Assembly (NCBI GenBank): GCA_027311865.1
Contig: DAICYC010000001.1
Coordinates: 33,880 to 97,879, forward strand
DNA from: Candidatus Saccharimonadota bacterium
GTDB lineage: Bacteria > Patescibacteriota > Saccharimonadia > Saccharimonadales > Saccharimonadaceae
Length of the DNA stretch: 64,000 nucleotides
Reading direction: 5' to 3'
Below are positions 38,800-47,550 of the stretch, piece by piece. Both the position numbers and the translations under genes were made by a program. The notes beneath the pieces were generated by a model. The model saw nothing but the letters and a program-made list of their open reading frames with translations. It was not told where the DNA came from and ran no database searches. The stretch's first letter is position 1. Each line of letters starts with the position of its first letter.

Positions 38800-41193
38800 C
38801 TAGGCGCGGCCTCGACCCGGACGAACCACAGACGTATCGTCCTCGATCGGTGCCGGTGGGTCGGTAGTCTCCGATGCATTGGTTTCGTCGGGCTCGTCGG
38901 CGACTTCACAGCCGCGATTGTCGACCTCCGCTCCATCGGTCGTACCCGGACAACGGTCTTTATCGTCACTAACCCCGTCGCCATCGGTGTCAATCGGCTC
39001 ATCCTTGACTTCACAGCCATCACTATCGACTTCGACACCCGGCTTGGTATCTGGGCATTTGTCTTTGTCGTTGGTTACACCATCTTTGTCACTATCCTCG
39101 GGTGGTTTTGGCACGTCACACGTCCCTTCCGGGATAGCATCGCGCTTGAAGTATTCTTGGTAGGTGCCGTCAGTGCCACCACCGACTGCCCGTAGACCAT
39201 TCGACCGACAAACAAGTAGTCTCACCACTCCATCAGGGGCGACAAATTTTTCGGCCGCTTTCATCGACAAGGCTTTCGAAATGGTTGCTCGCCAGATAGG
39301 CCCAGCCATGACTGATCCACCGTTTAGCATCGGTTCGTTATCGTTATTACCGACCCAGACTCCAACCGCAATCGTTGGACTATAGCCGATCGTCCAAGCA
39401 TCACGTGCCTCATCAGTCGTACCAGTTTTAACCGCCACGTCGAAACCTGGCGTATTCAAAGTCGAACCGAAGACTGGTGCTCGAGCGGACTCGTCATTTA
39501 GAATATCTGAGATCATAAAACTAGCCTCTTCGCCCATCACTCGCTTAGAATCATCAGCTTTGTGTTCAAATACTTTTTTGTCGTACTTGTTGGTAATTGC
39601 TAGAATCGTCACCGTATCAGCCTGTAAGCCCTTATTAGCTAGAGCCGAATAGGCATGTGTCATATCGATCAGACTAGCCTCAGCCGAACCGAGAGCAAGC
39701 GACAAGCCATAGTCCTTATCTTTTTCGACAGTCGTCAAACCTAATCGCCGCAAAGCATCGACCGACTCATCAACTCCGAGTCGTTTCATAACTTCAACTG
39801 ACGGGATATTTAAGGATTGCGATATTGCATTACGGACACTAATATCACCCCGGAATTGTCGATCGGCGTTGAGTGGACGGTAACCACCAAAGTCGGTGGG
39901 CTGGTCGGCTATTACTGTCGACGGAGTTATAACACCAGTATGAAGCGCTTCGGCGTAATAAAGCGGCTTGACACTAGAACCGGGCTGACGAGGAGTCGTG
40001 ACCATATTAACGGTTCCGAAATCTTTATTTTGATAGTCAACGCTCCCGACAAAAGCCGTCACGTAGCCGGTCTTTGGATCAATGGCCACAACCGAGGCGT
40101 TGGAGCCGCCGTTAGCCTCGAGGACCGGTCGATGAGAAGCAACCGCATCATTAGCCACTTGCTGCAAGTCCATATCGAGAGTTGTCTTGACACGATAACC
40201 AGATCGCGTGACCTGTTCTTCGCCATATTTCTCGTAGAGTTCGCCCATAATCATTTCGGCGAAGTGCGGTGCCTTGCCTTTAGCCGCATCATCACCATCA
40301 GCGTAAGCCAGTTCTTGCGCCTTGGCAGCTTCAGCTTCAGCCTCGCTAATCACGCCATTATCAACCATTCGGTCGAGAACCGTCGCCTGTCGCTCTTTGG
40401 CATATTCCATGTTGCCGCTGATTGGTGAATAGGCGCTTGGAGCTGGCAGTACACCAATCAACATCGCGCTCTCAGCCAGGCTCAAGTCAGCGGCTGATTT
40501 ATTAAAATATGTTTCCGCCGCCGACTCGATACCGAAGGCGCCTTCACCGTAGTAAACAGAGTTCAAATACAAGTCGAGAATTTCGCCCTTGCTATATTGT
40601 CTCTCGATGGCAACAGCGATGGCTAATTCCTGGTATTTTCGCAACACCGTCCGATCGTTATAGAGAACTGTGTTCTTGGCTAACTGCTGAGTTAAGGTTG
40701 ATCCACCATAGGCCGTAAAGTCGCCACTTGATACGTTGGCTAGCATGGCACCAGCAATACTCACCAAAGAAAAGCCGCTATGCTCATAAAAATTCTTATC
40801 TTCGGCTGAGATTAAGGCTTTTTCAGTGTAGTCAGAAATTTGATCGAGCGACAATCGCTCCCCTCGGTCAGCCGTACCAAAACTGTAAAACACTTCGCCG
40901 TCACGATCTTCTAGAACCACGCCGGTATTATTGTAATTTAGCAATTGATTGGGATCAGAAATGGTATTAGCGAAATAAGCATAAGTCGCTACTGGAACGA
41001 TAATCAGAAAAGCAGCTATCGGCGCTCCAATCAGGGCGACTTGTTGCTTACGATTAAGTGACTTGAACCACGACCAACGCTTGACAAAGAAGGTTTTGAC
41101 CGGTCCAGCTGTCGATTTTGATTTTGAGACAGATGTCTTGCCCGTTCGGAACGATGACTGTTTTCGACGAGGCGAAATATATTTTTTATCCAT
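38800..41193 (-). CDS. Class A penicillin-binding protein (transglycosylase/transpeptidase) with a C-terminal thrombospondin type-3-like repeat extension
   Basis: GT51 motifs (EDKNFYEHSGF, GGSTLTQQLAKN), SxxK (GSSVKP) and KTGT. C-terminal DSDKDGVTNDKDKCP and DTDGDGVSDDKDRCP repeats. Confidence 0.92.
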   Translation of the reverse strand: MDKKYISPRRKQSSFRTGKTSVSKSKSTAGPVKTFFVKRWSWFKSLNRKQQVALIGAPIAAFLIIVPVATYAYFANTISDPNQLLNYNNTGVVLEDRDGEVFYSFGTADRGERLSLDQISDYTEKALISAEDKNFYEHSGFSLVSIAGAMLANVSSGDFTAYGGSTLTQQLAKNTVLYNDRTVLRKYQELAIAVAIERQYSKGEILDLYLNSVYYGEGAFGIESAAETYFNKSAADLSLAESAMLIGVLPAPSAYSPISGNMEYAKERQATVLDRMVDNGVISEAEAEAAKAQELAYADGDDAAKGKAPHFAEMIMGELYEKYGEEQVTRSGYRVKTTLDMDLQQVANDAVASHRPVLEANGGSNASVVAIDPKTGYVTAFVGSVDYQNKDFGTVNMVTTPRQPGSSVKPLYYAEALHTGVITPSTVIADQPTDFGGYRPLNADRQFRGDISVRNAISQSLNIPSVEVMKRLGVDESVDALRRLGLTTVEKDKDYGLSLALGSAEASLIDMTHAYSALANKGLQADTVTILAITNKYDKKVFEHKADDSKRVMGEEASFMISDILNDESARAPVFGSTLNTPGFDVAVKTGTTDEARDAWTIGYSPTIAVGVWVGNNDNEPMLNGGSVMAGPIWRATISKALSMKAAEKFVAPDGVVRLLVCRSNGLRAVGGGTDGTYQEYFKRDAIPEGTCDVPKPPEDSDKDGVTNDKDKCPDTKPGVEVDSDGCEVKDEPIDTDGDGVSDDKDRCPGTTDGAEVDNRGCEVADEPDETNASETTDPPAPIEDDTSVVRPGRGRA

Positions 41194-41224
41194 AATTATG
41201 TATAGCTATTATAGCAAAGTGTGA

Positions 41225-42364
41225 TTAGCTTCTCTTAACGTCAACACCGACGGCTTCACGAACTGAATTATAACCATCCCGTTTCAGTAGAGCCGCCAAC
41301 TCGTGATTAATCGTACCCACGACTTGCGGGCCCTGAAATATCACACCTGTAATCATCTGAATTAGGCTGGCGCCGAGTTTTATCTTGCGATAAGCGTCTT
41401 CAGCCGAAAATACCCCGCCCACGCCAATAATGACGAACCGGTCGCCATATTCACGATAAATCTGCTCAATCATTCGATCACTCAGCTGTTGAACCGGCTT
41501 GCCGCTCAAGCCACCCCTGATGTCATCTGTTAAGCCATCCCTTACGTCGACTGTATCACGAGTCTTGGCCAGGTTACATGCAACAACTCCGCTAACCTGA
41601 TGCTCGGCTAGCACTTTCATCAGATTAGATAATTTAATCGGATCCAAATAGCTTGGTAACTTAACGAATAACGGCATCTTTAGTTGCAGTTCGTCGATTC
41701 GTTCGAGTAATCTGTCTAACGGTTCAGGATTAACAAAAGGTTCTCCACCACAAGTGTTGGGACAGGAAATGTTGAGAGTTAGGGCCGATGGCTGCTCGAG
41801 ATCAGCTAAGCGCTTTATCGCCCGCAAGCAGTCTTCGATCATCGTCGCCTCATCAGCAACCTCGGGAACGTTAGAATGAGCCACCGATACGAACAGCGGA
41901 AAATCGACCAAAGTGTCATCTTTGTAATTATCGATTCTGCTAGCAATTCGCTCGACGCCTTGATTTGCCAAGCCAGCATGAACGACTAGTGATTTTGTAT
42001 GCGGCAATCGGAAAAACCATGGTCGTGGATTGCCAGCTGCTTCACGATTAGTTACCGTTCCGCCTTCCATAAAGCCAAAACCGACGGCCTTCATCATCGG
42101 CACTAGTTCGACATTCTTGTCGAAACCAGCCGATAAGCCAATCGGATTGCGAAATTTCAGACCGGCCACTTCGACGCGCAATCGATCTTCATAGTGCGCG
42201 ATCAGACGCGGCAACAGCCATCGCACCAAGCTGAATCTCTGTAAAAACACCGCCAGAGCGACGAGTCCATGGTGAACTTCATCAGGTTGAAAACGAAACA
42301 AAATCGGCTTGGCGATGTGACGGTAGATTTTCGTCAACAACCAGCGTAATGCCACCTTGATCAT
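41225..42364 (-). CDS. pyrD: Dihydroorotate dehydrogenase, class-2-like architecture
   Basis: N-terminal amphipathic extension, GLSAGFDKN, GFMEGGTVT, NISCPNT and GVGGVFSAEDA blocks. Confidence 0.88.
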   Translation of the reverse strand: MIKVALRWLLTKIYRHIAKPILFRFQPDEVHHGLVALAVFLQRFSLVRWLLPRLIAHYEDRLRVEVAGLKFRNPIGLSAGFDKNVELVPMMKAVGFGFMEGGTVTNREAAGNPRPWFFRLPHTKSLVVHAGLANQGVERIASRIDNYKDDTLVDFPLFVSVAHSNVPEVADEATMIEDCLRAIKRLADLEQPSALTLNISCPNTCGGEPFVNPEPLDRLLERIDELQLKMPLFVKLPSYLDPIKLSNLMKVLAEHQVSGVVACNLAKTRDTVDVRDGLTDDIRGGLSGKPVQQLSDRMIEQIYREYGDRFVIIGVGGVFSAEDAYRKIKLGASLIQMITGVIFQGPQVVGTINHELAALLKRDGYNSVREAVGVDVKRS

Positions 42365-42975
42365 CCGATCAAACTACTCCAATACTCCCAAAAAATGACT
42401 ACTAGGCCGAGAATCAAAATTGTGTACCACATAATTAAGGCGAATGACGCCCAAGAGTCCAAGCCAGCCACGAATTTTTCAAATCTAGCCGGCCAAGTCT
42501 TGCCCAAATCATCATCTCGATTTGACTGGGCAGCTAATCGAACCACGCCAAAGTAAATCAACGGAACCGTCACCCAAATAACTGAGCACCACGGGCAAAT
42601 TGTACCGAGCTTGAACAAACTGATTAGATACAAGTAAACCGTAAACGCCACGCCGCCAAATGCGGCCCCCAGTATCATCGCCCAGGCCTTCCAAGACATA
42701 ACCGAACCAATGCTTAGCAACACTGCCACGGCCAATAAACCGGTAAATGCCACTATCCCCCACATACTATTCGGGATACCGGCGATTATCGACGCCTCCT
42801 CCGAATTCATTGCTGACGAACATGTAATAATTGGGTTAATGCTACAAGCTGGCTGGTAATTCGCATCTTTTGCCACTTGAATTGTCTCAAAAGTTAGCGC
42901 AAATGAAGCAACTAGCCCGAGCACGGCCGAAACAATCAATAACCCTGTTAAAAACCTTTTCGAATTCATAATCAT
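42361..42975 (-). CDS. Vitamin K epoxide reductase (VKOR) family protein
   Basis: Loop cysteine pair (ACSINPIITCSS) and a CPWC motif in a TM helix. 4-5 TM helices. Its stop overlaps the pyrD start by 4 nt. Confidence 0.7.
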   Translation of the reverse strand: MIMNSKRFLTGLLIVSAVLGLVASFALTFETIQVAKDANYQPACSINPIITCSSAMNSEEASIIAGIPNSMWGIVAFTGLLAVAVLLSIGSVMSWKAWAMILGAAFGGVAFTVYLYLISLFKLGTICPWCSVIWVTVPLIYFGVVRLAAQSNRDDDLGKTWPARFEKFVAGLDSWASFALIMWYTILILGLVVIFWEYWSSLIG

Positions 42976-43008
42976 AGAGTTATTTTACTCTACTCCGAAG
43001 ATTATGTC

Positions 43009-43024
43009 TGTAATCCGGGTCACA
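43009..43024. promoter_or_regulatory. CRP/FNR-type palindrome TGTAA-N6-TCACA overlapping the promoter of the Crp/Fnr gene
   Basis: Seen in sequence. TACAAT -10 at 43031-43036, with the ATG 7 nt further on. Confidence 0.45.
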
Positions 43025-43043
43025 AAGCGGTACAATAGAAAAC

Positions 43044-43664
43044 ATGCAGACAACTTCAGATATCATTCAACAACTATTTTCCAATCAGCCCGCCAAGTCA
43101 GTCACTAAAGGCGAGGTTGTGATTGAGCCAGCTGATGAGCTAGCTGACATCACCTACCTGGAGAGCGGTCGAGTCATTCAGTATCGTGCCGACAGTCGAG
43201 GCAACAAGAGTATCGTTAATGTTTATCGTCCCGGCAGCTTTTTCCCGATGGGTTCAGCCCTGAATCATACACCGAATCGTTTTTATTTCGCTGCTAGCCA
43301 AGACAGTGTCGTACGAACAGCACCCCGCGAAGAGATCGTCTCGGCGTTGATAGCCGAGCCGGCCATTGCTATGGACCTACTAGCTCGAGTTTACCGCGGC
43401 ATCGACGGTCTATTAGGTCGGATGAGTTTGCTTCTGAGTGGTACCGCCCGAGAACGAGTCATGTACGAACTTATGACCATGGCCGACCGCTTTGGTGAAG
43501 TAGCCGATGAAGGCATTATGATATCGGTTACCGAAGATGAACTTGGCCAACATACTGGCTTGACCAGAGAAACCGTCAGTCGATCACTATCAGAACTAGC
43601 TCGCAAAGACATTCTCTCCCGCAGCGGCAAGGGAAAAATTCTTCTCTATCGCCGTACGCAATAA
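43044..43664 (+). CDS. Crp/Fnr family transcriptional regulator
   Basis: N-terminal cNMP-binding-like beta-roll and a C-terminal HTH (TEDELGQHTGLTRETVSRSLSELARKDIL). Confidence 0.8.
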   Translation: MQTTSDIIQQLFSNQPAKSVTKGEVVIEPADELADITYLESGRVIQYRADSRGNKSIVNVYRPGSFFPMGSALNHTPNRFYFAASQDSVVRTAPREEIVSALIAEPAIAMDLLARVYRGIDGLLGRMSLLLSGTARERVMYELMTMADRFGEVADEGIMISVTEDELGQHTGLTRETVSRSLSELARKDILSRSGKGKILLYRRTQ

Positions 43665-43665
43665 A

Positions 43666-43911
43666 ATGGCCTTCAATCATTACGCCAAAATCAAATCTAT
43701 CCTCGCCGACCGAACCGACCGGTGGTACATCCGCCGTATCAACGAGCCAACAACCGCCACTAATTTTGCTGGCGAAAAGCGACATTTCGACCACTACTAC
43801 CGCATCTATGGCGAAGACAATCAGGCAATCGCTTATTGTAAATTTCAGCAGATTGAAAGATTAGCGAGAACTTTGAAAGTATCAGTTGAAGATCTACCTT
43901 TGGTCGACTAA
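43666..43911 (+). CDS. 81-aa protein, unknown function, 1 nt downstream of the crp-like gene
   Basis: The ATG directly follows the crp stop. No motif recognised. Confidence 0.45.
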   Translation: MAFNHYAKIKSILADRTDRWYIRRINEPTTATNFAGEKRHFDHYYRIYGEDNQAIAYCKFQQIERLARTLKVSVEDLPLVD

Positions 43912-43922
43912 AGTCGCCGCGT

Positions 43923-44810
43923 CTACCAGCCGCCGCTCGCGCCACCGCCGCCGAAACCACCGCCGCCGAAACCACCGAAACCACCCGAACCACCACTTCG
44001 CCCGCCGAAACCGGTTCCACCGGCCCACCAGCTCGGCTTATCACCTTTTTGACGATGCTCCAGGTAGTTCTTCGATATAGCCCGATCAAACAAGGCCCCC
44101 AGCAGCGCCAAGCCTGCTCCGAGTCCGATCATCGCCCAAACATTGCCAGTAAATAAACCGCCGACAAAGCCGCCAATTCCACCAATGACTCCACCGAGCC
44201 ACCAGCTTTTTGAGCGGGCCATAATTGACGATAACCAAATTAGTCCCGCTAGACCAAAGAAGGCCAAATTGCCGATCGCGTCTATCGGAACGTCGAGTGA
44301 TTCAGCAGCCACATATTCGCCATTAATACTGGCGATAATCGAATCCAGCGCCGCCGATAGACCTTCATAGTAATCTTCATCTCGAAAATGTGGCGTCAAT
44401 TCATTGCGCAGGATTCGACCGGCTGTGGCATCCGTCAAAGCCCCCTCGAGTCCATAGCCAACTTCAATGCGCGAACGACGATCCTCCATGGCAACTAGTA
44501 GCAAGACACCGTTATTGTTTTCACCAGTACCGATGCCCCACTGTCGAGCTACCGCCAGTCCGTAATCTTCGACGGACCAGCCGTCCAATGAATCAATCAT
44601 TAAGATAGCTATTTGATTACCCGAAACCTCCCGTTCACGGGCAATTTTATCAGCCAGCGACTGCTTCTGTTCGGTCGACAAAGTATTGGTCAGGTCAACC
44701 ACCGGAATGTCGGCTGGAGCTGGCGGTATCGCCTGCGCGAAAGCACCGTTAGTCAGACCGAACCAAGCAAGCGCGATCGCCAAAACTACGAAGCTTGACC
44801 AATATTTCAT
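43923..44810 (-). CDS. TPM domain protein (YgcG-like) with a Gly-rich C-terminal tail
   Basis: Signal peptide, TPM block (GNQIAILMIDSL...NNGVLLLVAMEDRRSRIEVGYGLEG), TM helices and a GGFGGGG tail. Confidence 0.8.
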   Translation of the reverse strand: MKYWSSFVVLAIALAWFGLTNGAFAQAIPPAPADIPVVDLTNTLSTEQKQSLADKIAREREVSGNQIAILMIDSLDGWSVEDYGLAVARQWGIGTGENNNGVLLLVAMEDRRSRIEVGYGLEGALTDATAGRILRNELTPHFRDEDYYEGLSAALDSIIASINGEYVAAESLDVPIDAIGNLAFFGLAGLIWLSSIMARSKSWWLGGVIGGIGGFVGGLFTGNVWAMIGLGAGLALLGALFDRAISKNYLEHRQKGDKPSWWAGGTGFGGRSGGSGGFGGFGGGGFGGGGASGGW

Positions 44811-44818
44811 ACTAGAGT

Positions 44819-45412
44819 CTATTCAAAGTCAACAGTCGGTGCTTCGTCGGACCCCTCGGCGGCTTCGAAGTAAGGGAACTGATCAAAACCGAATAGTCCA
44901 GCTAAAATATTAGTCGGAAAAGTTTGAACTCGGCTATTGAAAGATGATGCGACTTCATTAAAGTCCCGCCGAGCCACATTAATTCGATTCTCAGTACCTT
45001 CAAGCTGAACCTGGAGATCGCGGAAATTTTCAGTAGCCGTAAGTTGAGGGTAACTCTCGGCTACCGCCAATAGACGACCCAAAGCTTGACTCAATTCACC
45101 TTGAGATTCTTGGTAAGCCGCAATTTGCTCAGGTGAGGCCGTATCTGGATCAATCGTGACGCTAGTCGCACGTGATCGCGCTTCGACTACCTCGGTGAGA
45201 GTTTCTTGTTCAAAATCAGCCGCTCCCTTAACAGTACTGACCAGATTTGGAATCAAATCGGCTCGACGCTGATATTGACTATCGAGATTCGACAGACTTT
45301 TACGAACCGATTCGCGTTGACCAATCAGGCCGTTGTAGCTACCAATCAGCACACCTCCGAGTAATAAAACGGCTCCGATAATTACGGCCGGTATCAACCA
45401 CTTTCGATTCAT
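44819..45412 (-). CDS. lemA: LemA family protein
   Basis: N-terminal TM and QYQRRADLIPNLVSTVKG...E block. Classic LemA-TPM gene pair. Confidence 0.88.
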   Translation of the reverse strand: MNRKWLIPAVIIGAVLLLGGVLIGSYNGLIGQRESVRKSLSNLDSQYQRRADLIPNLVSTVKGAADFEQETLTEVVEARSRATSVTIDPDTASPEQIAAYQESQGELSQALGRLLAVAESYPQLTATENFRDLQVQLEGTENRINVARRDFNEVASSFNSRVQTFPTNILAGLFGFDQFPYFEAAEGSDEAPTVDFE

Positions 45413-45484
45413 AAAGTCTTCTCCTCCTCACGACTGATAATGCGTGTTAATACCAGTATATATCCGCCTTCAATCAGGTGCAAT

Positions 45485-45519
45485 TAAAAAAGAAAACCCC
45501 TAGCCTTTCGACTAGGGGG
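45485..45519 (-). terminator. Intrinsic terminator of the J-domain operon
   Basis: Minus strand reads CCCCTAG-tcgaaagg-CTAGGGG followed by TTTTCTTTTTT. Confidence 0.65.
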
Positions 45520-45526
45520 ATCCTAA

Positions 45527-46375
45527 TTATTCCATATCGGCAACTCCGAGGAGCTGCTCAGTCAGAGCGACCTTTCCATTGGCGTAGAGAACTACACCAG
45601 TGGCGGACGAGGGTATCTGACCATCGGCCTGCAGGTACTGGAGATACCAAGCATCGGTCGGTTTCGACCAATTGAGTGAGGCTTGGCGCACATCAGCTTC
45701 GAGCTCAAAAACAGCTCGATGTGAAGCAACGCTAGACTCTACTCGATGATCGATGAAACCGACAATCGTAGCTTCGTATCGGGATGAGCGACCGTCGATC
45801 GGAACATAACGTTCGCGGCCGTCACCATCTAGGTACATCTCATGCCAGCGTCGATTGCGGTACAACACTTGCGTGTCGCCGAACTCGGGCACCGACGTTT
45901 CTGGAATCAACGGCGTCACTAAAATCTCGCTCCTCGATGGAGTCAAAACATTAATAATCACCCGTTGAGACTCGAGGGCAGCAATCAACGAAACCGGTGT
46001 GCTAACACCAAGCGATCGAAACTGATCACCATGTTCGAGGGTGCTAGCCAGGCCGTCAATAGCTTGGCGATCGCGCTCTTGAAGAGATTTCATCAGCTGA
46101 CGCTGACTCATATCAATCAAGTCGCCGCGACCAACCAGCTCTTCGACGAAAATGGCCACCACATCGGGATCTCGAATCTGGTCCATGGCGTCGCTTATCT
46201 TCCCCATAAGCGCGACATCGCCCGTCTCGAGGTTATCCGGATGGAACCATCTCGCAAGCTGCCGATACTGGATTTCAGCCGAACGTTGAATCAGACTGTA
46301 ATCGTCTTCAGCGGCCGCCTTAACCAGAAGTGGCTGGGGAACCCCAAGCGTCAACAGCGGATTTTCGGGATTCAA
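45527..46375 (-). CDS. J-domain-like (HPD motif) protein with an unknown C-terminal domain
   Basis: N-terminus LLTLGVP...IQRSAEIQYRQLARWFHPDN...MGKISDAMDQIRDPD follows the J-domain helix II-HPD-helix III pattern. The remaining ~200 aa are unrecognised. Confidence 0.6.
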   Translation of the reverse strand: MNPENPLLTLGVPQPLLVKAAAEDDYSLIQRSAEIQYRQLARWFHPDNLETGDVALMGKISDAMDQIRDPDVVAIFVEELVGRGDLIDMSQRQLMKSLQERDRQAIDGLASTLEHGDQFRSLGVSTPVSLIAALESQRVIINVLTPSRSEILVTPLIPETSVPEFGDTQVLYRNRRWHEMYLDGDGRERYVPIDGRSSRYEATIVGFIDHRVESSVASHRAVFELEADVRQASLNWSKPTDAWYLQYLQADGQIPSSATGVVLYANGKVALTEQLLGVADME

Positions 46376-46386
46376 GCTGCCTCCTC

Positions 46387-46995
46387 TCAGGCGGCGTAGT
46401 GGTAAATGTCTTCGCCACCGACGACAGCATCGAAAGCTTCGCCAGTCAGGTCAGCACATTCATCCAAGCCACCGGCCCGGACAACGTAAAAACCCAAACT
46501 AGACAGACCGTCGACATTGATGTCGATTGACTTGAGTTGAGTAATCAACTCAACCAGGTTCACGAAGCGCTCGGCACTTCGCAAATCCCTCGAGACTGAA
46601 CCATCGCGACCATCGCGCTCACCAAACTCATACAAATAGTCAATGGCGAGATAGATGTCTTCGATGGCATGCCCGTTGTCAAGCAGTTCGCGAATCGTCA
46701 TGTCGACGCTCTGGCCGTGGTAGACCATCATGTCGACAATCAGACCAACCCGCGGTTCGGTGTTGAGGGCTGGGTCAGCCTCCACGATACGAGCCAACCG
46801 AATCTGATCGCGGCGGTCGAGTCGTTGAGCCCCGATGTAGGGCTCGAGGTCGAGCAGTACATGCAGGAGAGCACCTCCCACTTTTTCAACGATAGCTGGA
46901 AGATTGGTCATCAAACCAGTCCTTTCATGGGATGTTGTATGGAGTAATTTTTCAAGGATCGATGCTGCCGGAGCTTTGCTCTGACGGCGGGGCAT
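46387..46995 (-). CDS. Unknown protein, first gene of the J-domain operon
   Basis: 202 aa, acidic. The ATG at 46995 lies 7 nt after a TTGACA-17-TAAAGT promoter. An alternative SD-preceded ATG lies at 46911. Confidence 0.5.
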   Translation of the reverse strand: MPRRQSKAPAASILEKLLHTTSHERTGLMTNLPAIVEKVGGALLHVLLDLEPYIGAQRLDRRDQIRLARIVEADPALNTEPRVGLIVDMMVYHGQSVDMTIRELLDNGHAIEDIYLAIDYLYEFGERDGRDGSVSRDLRSAERFVNLVELITQLKSIDINVDGLSSLGFYVVRAGGLDECADLTGEAFDAVVGGEDIYHYAA

Positions 46996-47109
46996 CTAGA
47001 CAACTTTACTATTTTCAAAGTGTTATGTCAATAAGATTGCTGTTGACTTTGGTGGACAATGGTTATAAAATAGCGTCGTCCGGTCATACTACAAGAGTTA
47101 GGAATAATC

Positions 47110-47415
47110 ATGACCAGTGGTACATTCGTACAGTTCGATGAAGTCGTCGACAACTATCATCAGTCTCGCCGACTGCTCCACCGGGAGTTCCCGCCGCTCA
47201 AGGGCATCCTGGCCGAGGATGAGGACGACTTCGCCGAGTTGGCAGCGTCAATTCTCGGTGCCAAGGCCTGCTGCGGAGGCGAACTCTCCGTGAACGTGTC
47301 GGAGGAGTGCTTCGACACCTGGAAGGCCGTCGAACCGAAAGTGCAGCAGCACTTCCGTCACCTGCGCGATGAAAAGGGTCGATCAGCCAGCCTGAACGTC
47401 ATCCTTCCGTCGTAG
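47110..47415 (+). CDS. 101-aa acidic protein, unknown; stand-alone cassette
   Basis: TTGACT-17-TAAAAT promoter upstream, a GC3-rich ORF and a composite hairpin terminator downstream. Confidence 0.5.
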   Translation: MTSGTFVQFDEVVDNYHQSRRLLHREFPPLKGILAEDEDDFAELAASILGAKACCGGELSVNVSEECFDTWKAVEPKVQQHFRHLRDEKGRSASLNVILPS

Positions 47416-47425
47416 TACCCGGACA

Positions 47426-47495
47426 AAGCCACCCACTCAGTCAATCGTTGATTTCAATGTTGAAATCCGACCGACTGCCGTGAGTGGCTTTTTCC
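47426..47495 (+). terminator. Composite nested hairpin terminator
   Basis: Outer stem GCCAC(C)CACTCA / TGAGTGGC followed by TTTTT. Inner stem GATTTCAA-tg-TTGAAATC. Confidence 0.5.
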
Positions 47496-47550
47496 TTTAA
47501 CAATCTCAAAATGAAGAATCCCGCCACAACACAGTGGCGGGATGCTTCGT

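Noticed and set aside
38739-39163. ORFs 38739..39038 (minus) and 38879..39163 (plus) overlapping the 3' end of the PBP gene.
   Set aside because: They are off-frame or antisense readings of the acidic TSP3-repeat tail, giving Ser/Pro/Thr-rich nonsense. The PBP frame has clear motifs.
43760-44089. ORFs with odd repeats (RRNHRRRNHRNH..., VVSAAVVSAAV...) near the TPM gene 3' end. I also considered whether the DNA repeat here is a special element.
   Set aside because: These are alternative-frame readings of the GGFGGGG-coding low-complexity tail of the TPM protein. The repeat is explained by that Gly-rich tail.
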